From positions 22,816,001 to 22,880,000 of the forward strand of contig OZ024740.1 in assembly GCA_964016885.1 (NCBI GenBank): 64,000 nucleotides of DNA, written 5' to 3'. A program made the translations under genes and the position numbers. Below the pieces are notes generated by a model. That model had not been told where the DNA came from. It saw only the letters and a program-made list of their open reading frames with translations, and searched no databases. Each line of letters begins with the position of its first letter. Position 1 is the stretch's first letter. Below are positions 51,001 to 64,000 of this stretch, piece by piece. This DNA comes from Eledone cirrhosa (lineage: Eukaryota).

Positions 51001-54000
51001 CAGTGGAAAGTAGATTCAGTGATGGTATATGAACCAGTGGTAAGTAGATTCAGTGATGGTATATGAACCAGTGGTAAGTAGATTCAGTGATGGTATATGG
51101 ACCAGTGGAAAGTAGATTCAGTGATGGTATATGAATCAGTGGTAAGTAGATTCTGTGATGGTATATAGACCACTAGTAAGTAGATTCGGTGATGGTATAT
51201 AAACCAGTGGTAAGTAGATTCAGTGATGGTATATGAACCAGTGGAAAGTAGATTCAGTGATAGTATATGAACCAGTGGTAAGTGGATTCAGTGATGGTAT
51301 ATGAACCAGTGGTAAGTAGATTCAGTGATGGTATATAAACCATTGGTAAGTAGATTTAGTGATGGTATATAAACCAGTAGTAAGTAGATTCAGTGATGGT
51401 ATATGAACCAGTGGAAAGTAGATTCAGTGATAGTATATGAACCAGTGGTAAGTGGATTCAGTGATGGTATATGAACCAGTGGTAAGTAGATTCAGTGATT
51501 GTATATGAACCAGTGGTAAGTAGGTTCAGTGATAGTATATGAACCAGTGGTAAGTAGATTCAGTGATGGTATATGAACCAGTGGTAAGTAGATTCAGTGA
51601 TGGTATATGAATCAGTGGTAAGTAGATTCAGTGATGGTATATAAAACAGTGGTAAGTAGATTCAGTGATGGTATATGAACCAGTGGTAAGTAGATTCAGT
51701 GATAGTATATGAACCAGTGGTAAGTAGATTCAGTGATGGTATATGAACCAGTGGTAAGTAGATTCAGTGATGGTATATGAACCAGTGGTAAGTAGATTCA
51801 GTGATGGTATATGAACCAGTGGTAAGTAGATTCAGTGACGGTATGTGAACCAGTAGTAAGTAGAATCAGTGATGGTATATGAACCAGTAGTAAGTAGATT
51901 CAGTGATGATATATGAATCAGTGGTAAGTAGATTCAGTGATGGTATATGAACCAGTAGTAAGTAGATTCAGTGATGTTATATAAACCAGTGGTAAGTAGA
52001 TTCAGTGATGGTATATGAACCAGTGTTAAATAGATTCAGTGATGGTATATGAACCAGTGGTAAGTAGATTCAGTGATGGTATATGAACCAGTAGTAAGTA
52101 GATTCAGTGAAGGTATATAAACCAGTGGTAAGTAGATTCAGTGATGGTATATGAACCAGTGGTAAGTAGATTCAGTGATGGTATATGAACCAGTGGTAAG
52201 TAGATTCAGTGATGGTATATGAACCAGTGGTTAATAGATTCAGTGATGTTATATTAACCAGTGCTAAGTAGATTCAGTGATGGTATATGAATTAGTGGTA
52301 AGTAGATTCAGTGATGGTATATTAACCAGTGGTAAGTAGATTCAGTGATGGTATATGAACCCGTTGTAAGTAGATTCAGTGATGATAAATAAACCAGTGG
52401 TAAGTAGATTTAGTGATGGTATATTAACCAGTGTTAAGTAGATCCAGCGATAGTATATGAACCAGTGGTAAATAGATTCAGTGATGGTATATGAACCAGT
52501 GCTAAGTAGATTCAGTGAAGGTATATTAACCAGTGGTAAGTAGATTCAGTGATGGTATATTAACCAGTGGTAAGTAGATTCAGTGACGGTATATAAACCA
52601 GTGTTAAGTAGATTAAGTGATGGTATATAAACCAGTAGTAACTAGATCCAGTGATGGTATATGAACCAGTAGTAAGTAGATCAAGTGATGGTATATGAAC
52701 CAGTAGTAAGTAGATTCAGTGATGGTATATGAACCAGTAGTAACTAGATTCAGTGATGGTATATGAACCAGTAGTAAGTAGATTCAGTGATGGTATATAA
52801 ACCAGTGGTAAATAGATTCAGTGATGGTATATACACCAGTGGTAAGTAGATTAAATGATGGTATATAAACCAGTGGTAAGTAGATTCAGTGATGGTATAT
52901 AAACCAGTAGTAAGTAGATTCAGTGCTGGTATATGGACCAGTGGTAAGTAGATTCAGTGATGGTATATATACCAGTGGTAAGTAGATTCAGTGATGGTAT
53001 ATGAACCAGTGGTAAGAAGATTCAGTGATGGTATATGAACCAGTGGTAAGTAGATTCAGTGATGGTATATGAACCAGTAGTAAGTAGATTCAGTGATGGT
53101 ATATGAATCAGTGGTAAGTAGATTCAGTGATGGTATATGAACCAGTACTAAGTAGATTCAGTGATGGTATATGAACCAGTGGTAAGTAGATTCAGTGATG
53201 GTATATGAACCAGTGGTAAGTAAATTTAGTGATGGTATATGAACCAGTAGTAAGTAGATTCAGTGATGTATATGAACCAGTGGTAAGTAGATTCAGTGAT
53301 GGTATATAAACCAGTGGTAAGTAGATTCAGTGATGGTATATGAACAAGTAGTAAGTAGATTCAATGATGGTATATAAACCAGTGGTAAGTAGATTCAGTG
53401 ATGGTATATGAATCAGTGGTAAGTAGATTCAGTAATGGTATATGAACCAGTGGTAAGTAGATTCAGTGATGGTATATAAACCAGTAGTAACTAGATCCAG
53501 TGATGTTATATGAACCAGTAGTAAGTAGATCCAGTGATGGTATATGAACAAGTAGTAAGGAGATTCAGTGATGGTATATGAACCAGTAGTAACTAGATTC
53601 AGTGATGGTATATGAACCAGTGGTAAGTAAATTCAGTGATGGTATATGAACCAGTAGTAAGTAGATTCAGTGTTGGTATATAAACCAGTGGTAAATATAT
53701 TCAGTGATGTTATATAAACCAGTGGTAAGTAGATTAAATGATGGTATATAAACCAGTGGTAAGTAGATTCAGTGATGGTATATGAATCAGTGGTAAATAG
53801 ATTCAGTGATGGTATATGAACCACTGGTAAATAGATTCAGTGATGGTATATGAACCAGTGGTAAGTAGATTCAGTGATGGTATATGAACCAGTGGTAAGT
53901 AGATTCAGTGATGGTATATGAACCAGTAGTAAGTAGATTCAGTGATGGTATATGAACCAGTGGTAAGTAGATTCAGTGATGGTTTATAAACCAGTGGTAA

Positions 54001-57000
54001 GTAGATTCAGTGATGGTATACGAACCAGTAGTAAGTAGATTCAGTGATGGTATATGAACCAGTAGTAAGTAGATTCAGTGATGGTATATGAACCAGCAAT
54101 AAGTAGATTCAGTGATGGTATATAAACCAGTGGTAAGTAGATTCAGTGATGGTATATAAACTAGTAGTAAGTAGATTCAGTGATGGTATATGAACCAGTG
54201 GTAAGTAGATTCAGTGATGGTATATAAACCAGTGGTAAGTAGATTCAGTGATGGTATATGAACCATTGGTAAGCAGATTCAGTGATGGTATATGAACCAG
54301 TGTAAGTAGATTCAGTGATGGTATATGAACCAGTAGTAAGTAGATTCAGTGATGGTATATGAATCAGTGGTAAGTAGATTCAGTGATGGTATATGAACCA
54401 GTAGTAAGTAGAGTCAGTGATGGTATATGAACCAGTGGTAAGTAGATTCAGTGATGGTATATAAACCAGTGGTAAGTAGATTCAGTGATGGTATATGAAC
54501 CAGTGCTAAATAGATTCAGTGATGATATATGAATCAGTGGTAAGTAGATTCAGTGATGGTATATGAACCAGTAGTAAGTAGATTCAGTGATGGTATATGA
54601 ACCAGTGGTAAGTAGATTCAGTGATGGTATATAAACCAGTGGTAAGTAGATTCAGTGATGGTATATGAATCAGTGGTAAGTAGATTCAGTGATGGTATAT
54701 AAGCCAGTGGTAAGTGGATTCAGTGATGGTATATGAAGTAGTGGTAAGTAGATTCAGTGATGGTATATAAACCAGTGGTAAGTAGATTCAGTGATGGTAT
54801 ATGAACCAGTGGTATGTAGATTCAGTGATGGTATATAAACCAGTGGTAAGTAGATTCAGTGATGGTATATGAACCAGTGATAAGCAGATTCAGTGATGGT
54901 ATATGAATCAGTGGTAAGTAGATTCAGTGATGGTATATGAACCAGTCGTAAGTAGATTCAGTGATGGTATATGTACAAGTAGTAAGTAGATTCAGTGATG
55001 GTATATGAACCAGTGGTAGGTAGATTCAGTGATGGTATATAAACCAGTGGTAAGTAGATTCAGTGATGGTATATGAACCAGTGGTAAATAGATTCAGTGA
55101 TGATATATGAATCAGTGGTAAGTAGATTCAGTGATGGTATATAAACCAGTGGTAAATAGATTCAGTGATGGTATATAAACCAGTAGTAAGTAGATTCAGT
55201 GATGGTATATGAACCAGTAGTAAGTAGATTCAGTGATGGTATATGAACCAGTGGTAAGTAGATTCAGTGATGGTATATAAACCAGTGGAAAGTAGATTCA
55301 GTGATGGTATATGAACAAGTAGTAAGTAGATTCAGTGATGGTATATAAACCAGTGGTAAGTAGATTCAGTGATGGTATATGAATGAGTGGTAAATATATT
55401 CAGTTATGGTATATGAACCAGTGGTAAGTAGATTCAGTGATGGTATATGAATCAGTGGTAAGTAGATTCAGTAATGGTATATGAACCAGTGGTAAGTTGA
55501 TTCAGTGATGGTATATAAACCAGTGGAAAGTAGATTCAGTGATGGTATATGAACCAGTGGTAAGTAGATTCAGTGATGGTATATGAATCAGTGGTAAGTA
55601 GATTCAGTAATGGTATATGAACCAGTGGTAAGTTGATTCAGTGATGGTATATAAACCAGTGGTAAGTAGATTCAGTGATGGTATATAGACCACTAGTAAG
55701 TAGATTCGGTGATGGTACATAAACCAGTGGTAAGTAGATTCAGTGATGGTATATGAACCAGTGGAAAGTAGATTCAGTGATAGTATATGAACCAGTGGTA
55801 AGTGGATTCAGTGATGGTATATGAACCAGTGGTAAGTAGATTCAGTGATGGTATATAAACCATTGGTAAGTAGATTTAGTGATGGTATATAAATCAGTAG
55901 TAAGTAGATTCAGTGATGGTATATGAACCAGTGGAAAGTAGATTCAGTGATAGTATATGAACCAGTGGTAAGTGGATTCAGTGATGGTATATGAACCAGT
56001 GGTAAGTAGATTCAGTGATTGTATATGAACCAGTGGTAAGTAGGTTCAGTGATAGTATATGAACCAGTGGTAAGTAGATTCAGTGATGGTATATGAATCA
56101 GTGGTAAGTAGATTCAGTGATGGTATATAAAACAGTGGTAAGTAGATTCAGTGATGGTATATGAACCAGTGGTAAGTAGATTCAGTGATAGTATATGAAC
56201 CAGTGGTAAGTAGATTCAGTGATGGTATATGAACCAGTGGTAAGTAGATTCAGTGATGGTATATGAACCAGTGGTAAGTAGATTCAGTGATGGTATATGA
56301 ACCAGTGGTAAGTAGATTCAGTGATGGTATGTGAACCAGTAGTAAGTAGAATCAGTGATGGTATATGAACCAGTAGTAAGTAGATTCAGTGATGATATAT
56401 GAATCAGTGGTAAGTAGATTCAGTGATGGTATATGAACCAGTAGTAAGTAGATTCAGTGATGTTATATAAACCAGTGGTAAGTAGATTCAGTGATGGTAT
56501 ATGAACCAGTGGTAAATAGATTCAGTGATGGTATTTGAACCAGTGGAAAGTAGATTCAGTGATGGTATATGAACCAGTAGTAAGTAGATTCAGTGAAGGT
56601 ATATAAACCAGTGGTAAGTAGTTTCAGTGATGGTATATGAACCAGTGGTAAGTAGATTCAGTGATGGTATATGAACCAGTGGTAAGTAGATTCAGTGATG
56701 GTATATGAACCAGTGGTTAATAGATTCAGTGATGTTATATTAACCAGTGGTAAGTAGATTCAGTGATGGTATATGAACCAGTAGTAAGTAGATTCAGTGA
56801 TGGTATATGAACCAGTGGTAAGTAGATTCAGTGATGGTATATAAACCAGTGGTAAGTAGATTCAGTGATGGTATATGAACAAGTAGTAAGTAGATTCAGT
56901 GATGGTATATAAACCAGTGGTAAGTAGATTCAGTGATGGTATATGAACCAGTGGTAAGTTGATTCAGTGATGGTATATAAACCAGTGGAAAGTAGATTCA

Positions 57001-60000
57001 GTAATGGTATATAAACCAGTGGTAAGCAGATTCAGTGATGGTATATGAACCAGTGGTAAGTAGATTCAGTGATGGTATATAAACCAGTAGTAAGTAGATT
57101 CAGTGATGGTATATAAACCAGTGGTAAGTAGATTCAGTGATGGTATATAAACCAGTGGTAAGTAGATTCAGCGATGGTATATGAATGAGTGGTAAATAAA
57201 TTCAGTTATGGTATATAAACCAGTGGTAAGTAGATTCAGTGATGGTATATGAACCAGTGGTAAGTAGATTCAGTGATGGTATATAAAACAGTGGTAAGTA
57301 GATTCAGTGAAGGTATATAAACCAGTGGTAAATAGATTCAGTGATGGTATATAAACCAGTGGTAAGTAGATTCAGTGATGGTATATGAATCAGTGGTAAG
57401 TAGATTCAGTAATGGTATATGAACCAGTGGTAAGTAGATTCAGTGATGGTATATAAACCAGTGGAAAGTAGATTCAGTGATGGTATATGAACAAGTAGTA
57501 AGTAGATTCAGTGATGGTATATAAACCAGTGGTAAGTAGATTCAGTGATGGTATATGAATGAGTGGTAAATATATTCAGTTATGGTATATAAACCAGTGG
57601 TAAGTAGATTCAGTGATGGCATATGAACCAGTAGTAAGTAGATTCAGTTATGGTATATAAAACAGTGGTAAGTAGATTCAGTGATAGTATATAAACCAGT
57701 GGTAAGTAGATTCAGTGATGGCATATGAACCAGTGGTAAGTAGATTCAGTGATGGTATATGAATCAGTGGTAAGTAGATTCAGTAATGGTATATGAACCA
57801 GTGGTAAGTTGATTCAGTGATGGTATATAAACCAGTGGAAAGTAGATTCAGTGATGGTATATGAACCAGTGGTAAGTAGATTCAGTGATGGTATATGAAC
57901 CAGTGGTAAGTAGATTCAGTGATGGTATATGGACCAGTGGAAAGTAGATTCAGTGATGGTATATGAATCAGTGGTAAGTAGATTCAGTGATGGTATATAG
58001 ACCACTAGTAAGTAGATTCGGTGATGGTATATAAACCAGTGGTAAGTAGATTCAGTGATGGTATATGAACCAGTGGAAAGTAGATTCAGTGATAGTATAT
58101 GAACCAGTGGTAAGTGGATTCAGTGATGGTATATGAACCAGTGGTAAGTAGATTCAGTGATGGTATATAAACCATTGGTAAGTAGATTTAGTGATGGTAT
58201 ATAAACCAGTAGTAAGTAGATTCAGTGATGGTATATGAACCAGTGGAAAGTAGATTCAGTGATAGTATATGAACCAGTGGTAAGTGGATTCAGTGATGGT
58301 ATATGAACCAGTGGTAAGTAGATTCAGTGATGGTATATGAACCAGTGGTAAGTAGATTCAGTGATAGTATATGAACCAGTGGTAAGTAGATTCAGTGATG
58401 GTATATGAACCAGTGGTAAGTAGATTCAGTGATGGTATATGAACCAGTGGTAAGTAGATTCAGTGATGGTATATGAACCAGTGGTAAGTAGATTCAGTGA
58501 CGGTATGTGAACCAGTAGTAAGTAGAATCAGTGATGGTATATGAACCAGTAGTAAGTAGATTCAGTGATGATATATGAATCAGTGGTAAGTAGATTCAGT
58601 GATGGTATATGAACCAGTAGTAAGTAGATTCAGTGATGTTATATAAACCAGTGGTAAGTAGATTCAGTGATGGTATATGAACCAGTGTTAAATAGATTCA
58701 GTGATGGTATATGAACCAGTGGTAAGTAGATTCAGTGATGGTATATGAACCAGTAGTAAGTAGATTCAGTGAAGGTATATAAACCAGTGGCAAGTAGATT
58801 CAGTGATGGTATATGAACCAGTGGTAAGTGGATTCAGTGATGGTATATGAACCAGTGGTAAGTAGATTCAGTGATGGTATATGAACCAGTGGTTAATAGA
58901 TTCAGTGATGTTATATTAACCAGTGCTAAGTAGATTCAGTGATGGTATATGAATTAGTGGTAAGTAGATTCAGTGATGGTATATTAACCAGTGGTAAGTA
59001 GATTCAGTGATGGTATATGAACCCGTTGTAAGTAGATTCAGTGATGATAAATAAACCAGTGGTAAGTAGATTTAGTGATGGTATATTAACCAGTGTTAAG
59101 TAGATCCAGCGATAGTATATGAACCAGTGGTAAATAGATTCAGTGATGGTATATGAACCAGTGCTAAGTAGATTCAGTGAAGGTATATTAACCAGTGGTA
59201 AGTAGATTCAGTGATGGTATATTAACCAGTGGTAAGTAGATTCAGTGACGGTATATAAACCAGTGTTAAGTAGATTAAGTGATGGTATATAAACCAGTAG
59301 TAACTAGATCCAGTGATGGTATATGAACCAGTAGTAAGTAGATCAAGTGATGGTATATGAACCAGTAGTAAGTAGATTCAGTGATGGTATATGAACCAGT
59401 AGTAACTAGATTCAGTGATGGTATATGAACCAGTAGTAAGTAGATTCAGTGATGGTATATAAACCAGTGGTAAATAGATTCAGTGATGGTATATACACCA
59501 GTGGTAAGTAGATTAAATGATGGTATATAAACCAGTGGTAAGTAGGTTCAGTGATGGTATATAAACCAGTAGTAAGTAGATTCAGTGATGGTATATGGAC
59601 CAGTGGTAAGTAGATTCAGTGATGGTATATATACCAGTGGTAAGTAGATTCAGTGATGGTATATGAACCAGTGGTAAGAAGATTCAGTGATGGTATATGA
59701 ACCAGTGGTAAGTAGATTCAGTGATGGTATATGAACCAGTAGTAAGTAGATTCAGTGATGGTATATGAATCAGTGGTAAGTAGATTCAGTGATGGTATAT
59801 GAACCAGTACTAAGTAGATTCAGTGATGGTATATGAACCAGTGGTAAGTAGATTCAGTGATGGTATATGAACCAGTGGTAAGTAAATTTAGTGATGGTAT
59901 ATGAACCAGTAGTAAGTAGATTCAGTGATGTATATGAACCAGTGGTAAGTAGATTCAGTGATGGTATATAAACCAGTGGTAAGTAGATTCAGTGATGGTA

Positions 60001-63000
60001 TATGAACAAGTAGTAAGTAGATTCAATGATGGTATATAAACCAGTGGTAAGTAGATTCAGTGATGGTATATGAATCAGTGGTAAGTAGATTCAGTAATGG
60101 TATATGAACCAGTGGTAAGTAGATTCAGTGATGGTATATAAACCAGTAGTAACTAGATCCAGTGATGTTATATGAACCAGTAGTAAGTAGATCCAGTGAT
60201 GGTATATGAACAAGTAGTAAGGAGATTCAGTGATGGTATATGAACCAGTAGTAACTAGATTCAGTGATGGTATATGAACCAGTGGTAAGTAAATTCAGTG
60301 ATGGTATATGAACCAGTAGTAAGTAGATTCAGTGTTGGTATATAAACCAGTGGTAAATATATTCAGTGATGTTATATAAACCAGTGGTAAGTAGATTAAA
60401 TGATGGTATATAAACCAGTGGTAAGTAGATTCAGTGATGGTATATGAATCAGTGGTAAGTAGATTCAGTGATGGTATATGAACCACTGGTAAATAGATTC
60501 AGTGATGGTATATGAACCAGTGGTAAGTAGATTCAGTGATGGTATATGAACCAGTGGTAAGTAGATTCAGTGATGGTATATGAACCAGTAGTAAGTAGAT
60601 TCAGTGATGGTATATGAACCAGTGGTAAGTAGATTCAGTGATGGTTTATAAACCAGTGGTAAGTAGATTCAGTGATGGTATACGAACCAGTAGTAAGTAG
60701 ATTCAGTGATGGTATATGAACCAGTAGTAAGTAGATTCAGTGATGGTATATGAACCAGCAATAAGTAGATTCAGTGATGGTATATAAACCAGTGGTAAGT
60801 AGATTCAGTGATGGTATATAAACTAGTAGTAAGTAGATTCAGTGATGGTATATGAACCAGTGGTAAGTAGATTCAGTGATGGTATATAAACCAGTGGTAA
60901 GTAGATTCAGTGATGGTATATGAACCATTGGTAAGCAGATTCAGTGATGGTATATGAACCAGTGTAAGTAGATTCAGTGATGGTATATGAACCAGTAGTA
61001 AGTAGATTCAGTGATGGTATATGAATCAGTGGTAAGTAGATTCAGTGATGGTATATGAACCAGTAGTAAGTAGATTCAGTGATGGTATATGAACCAGTGG
61101 TAAGTAGATTCAGTGATGGTATATAAACCAGTGGTAAGTAGATTCAGTGATGGTATATGAACCAGTGCTAAATAGATTCAGTGATGATATATGAATCAGT
61201 GGTAAGTAGATTCAGTGATGGTATATGAACCAGTAGTAAGTAGATTCAGTGATGGTATATGAACCAGTGGTAAGTAGATTCAGTGATGGTATATAAACCA
61301 GTGGCAAGTAGATTCAGTGATGGTATATGAACAAGTAGTAAGTAGATTCAGTGATGGTATATAAACCAGTGGTAAGTAGATTCAGTGATGGTATATGAAT
61401 GAGTGGTAAATATATTCAGTTATGGTATATGAACCAGTGGTAAGTAGATTCAGTGATGGCATATGAACCATTGGTAAGTAGATTCAGTGATGGTATATAA
61501 ACCAGTGGTAAGTAGATTCTGCGATGGCATATGAACCAGTGGTAAATAGATTCAGTGATGGTATATAAACCAGTGGTAAGTAGATTCAGTGATGGTATAT
61601 AAATCAGTGGTAAGTGGATTCAGTAATGGTATATGAACCAGTGGTAAGTTGATTCAGTGATGGTATATAAACCAGTGGTAAGCAGATTCAGTGATGGTAT
61701 ATGAACCAGTGGTAAGTAGATTCAGTGATGGTATATGAACCAGTGGTAAGTAGATTCAGTGATGGTATATGAACCAGTGGTAAGTAGATTCAGTGAAGGT
61801 ATATAGACCACTAGTAAGTAGATTCGTTGATGGTATATAACCAGTGGTAAGTAGATTTAGTGATGGTATATAAACCAGTAGTAAGTAGATTCAGTGATGG
61901 TATATGAACCAGTGGTAAGTAAATTGAGTGATGGTATATGAACCAGTGGAATGTAGATTCAGTGATGGTATATAAACCAGTGGTAAGTAGATTCAGTGAT
62001 GGTATATGAACCAGTAGTAAGTAGATTCAGTGATGGTATATGAACCAGTAGTAACTAGATTCAGTGATGGTATATGAACCAGTAGTAAGTAGATTCAGTG
62101 ATGGTATATAAACCAGTGGTAAATAGATTCAGTGATGGTATATACACCAGTGGTAAGTAGATTAAATGATGGTATATAAACCAGTGGTAAGTAGGTTCAG
62201 TGATGGTATATAAACCAGTAGTAAGTAGATTCAGTGATGGTATATGGACCAGTGGTAAGTAGATTCAGTGATGGTATATATACCAGTGGTAAGTAGATTC
62301 AGTGATGGTATATGAACCAGTGGTAAGAAGATTCAGTGATGGTATATGAACCAGTGGTAAGTAGATTCAGTGATGGTATATGAACCAGTAGTAAGTAGAT
62401 TCAGTGATGGTATATGAATCAGTGGTAAGTAGATTCAGTGATGGTATATGAACCAGTACTAAGTAGATTCAGTGATGGTATATGAACCAGTGGTAAGTAG
62501 ATTCAGTGATGGTATATGAACCAGTGGTAAGTAAATTTAGTGATGGTATATGAACCAGTAGTAAGTAGATTCAGTGATGTATATGAACCAGTGGTAAGTA
62601 GATTCAGTGATGGTATATAAACCAGTGGTAAGTAGATTCAGTGATGGTATATGAACAAGTAGTAAGTAGATTCAATGATGGTATATAAACCAGTGGTAAG
62701 TAGATTCAGTGATGGTATATGAATCAGTGGTAAGTAGATTCAGTAATGGTATATGAACCAGTGGTAAGTAGATTCAGTGATGGTATATAAACCAGTAGTA
62801 ACTAGATCCAGTGATGTTATATGAACCAGTAGTAAGTAGATCCAGTGATGGTATATGAACAAGTAGTAAGGAGATTCAGTGATGGTATATGAACCAGTAG
62901 TAACTAGATTCAGTGATGGTATATGAACCAGTGGTAAGTAAATTCAGTGATGGTATATGAACTAGTAGTAAGTAGATTCAGTGTTGGTATATAAACCAGT

Positions 63001-64000
63001 GGTAAATATATTCAGTGATGTTATATAAACCAGTGGTAAGTAGATTAAATGATGGTATATAAACCAGTGGTAAGTAGATTCAGTGATGGTATATGAATCA
63101 GTGGTAAGTAGATTCAGTGATGGTATATGAACCACTGGTAAATAGATTCAGTGATGGTATATGAACCAGTGGTAAGTAGATTCAGTGATGGTATATGAAC
63201 CAGTGGTAAGTAGATTCAGTGATGGTATATGAACCAGTAGTAAGTAGATTCAGTGATGGTATATGAACCAGTGGTAAGTAGATTCAGTGATGGTTTATAA
63301 ACCAGTGGTAAGTAGATTCAGTGATGGTATACGAACCAGTAGTAAGTAGATTCAGTGATGGTATATGAACCAGTAGTAAGTAGATTCAGTGATGGTATAT
63401 GAACCAGCAATAAGTAGATTCAGTGATGGTATATAAACCAGTGGTAAGTAGATTCAGTGATGGTATATAAACTAGTAGTAAGTAGATTCAGTGATGGTAT
63501 ATGAACCAGTGGTAAGTAGATTCAGTGATGGTATATAAACCAGTGGTAAGTAGATTCAGTGATGGTATATGAACCATTGGTAAGCAGATTCAGTGATGGT
63601 ATATGAACCAGTGTAAGTAGATTCAGTGATGGTATATGAACCAGTAGTAAGTAGATTCAGTGATGGTATATGAATCAGTGGTAAGTAGATTCAGTGATGG
63701 TATATGAACCAGTAGTAAGTAGATTCAGTGATGGTATATGAACCAGTGGTAAGTAGATTCAGTGATGGTATATAAACCAGTGGTAAGTAGATTCAGTGAT
63801 GGTATATGAACCAGTGCTAAATAGATTCAGTGATGATATATGAATCAGTGGTAAGTAGATTCAGTGATGGTATATGAACCAGTAGTAAGTAGATTCAGTG
63901 ATGGTATATGAACCAGTGGTAAGTAGATTCAGTGATGGTATATAAACCAGTGGCAAGTAGATTCAGTGATGGTATATGAACAAGTAGTAAGTAGATTCAG
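36094..64000. repeat. 34-bp satellite DNA array (about 820 units, open at window end); consensus CAGTGATGGTATAT(G/A)AACCAGTGGTAAGTAGATT
   Basis: Uninterrupted 34-bp periodicity with point variants and rare 1-bp deletions. Confidence 0.98.

Noticed and set aside
53633-60486. Two near-identical 63-aa ORFs in the satellite
   Set aside because: Chance stop-free stretches, duplicated by the 6662-bp higher-order repeat. The unit length is not a multiple of 3.
36094-64000. CRISPR array (34-bp repeat length)
   Set aside because: Units are contiguous with no unique spacers, there are no cas genes, and the context is eukaryotic.

Overview
Eukaryotic, gene-free, repeat-saturated DNA, very probably from an octopod cephalopod (inferred from the SINE types and microsatellite density). 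I found no host protein-coding gene. 1-6.4 kb: tandem Helitron-like units with CTAG|TC junctions, tRNA-derived SINEs, long palindromes (some carrying minimal hammerhead-ribozyme cores typical of Penelope-like elements) and LTR-like relics. 6.4-10.4 kb: a near full-length, disrupted R4/Dong non-LTR retrotransposon (RT plus restriction-like endonuclease). 10.4-23.3 kb: three head-to-tail Tx1-clade LINEs on the minus strand (A, B, C), separated by (ATT)n tails. B is an internally deleted chimera, and A and C share ORF2 but have different 5'UTR/ORF1. 23.3-29.9 kb: SINEs, a MITE, Penelope, Dong and RTE relics, and microsatellites. 29.9-36.1 kb: two more head-to-tail Tx1 elements on the plus strand (D, E) joined at an (ATCT)n tail. 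36.1-64 kb: a continuous satellite of about 820 34-bp units with nested higher-order duplications, running off the window end. All calls come from reading the sequence by eye; no database search was run.
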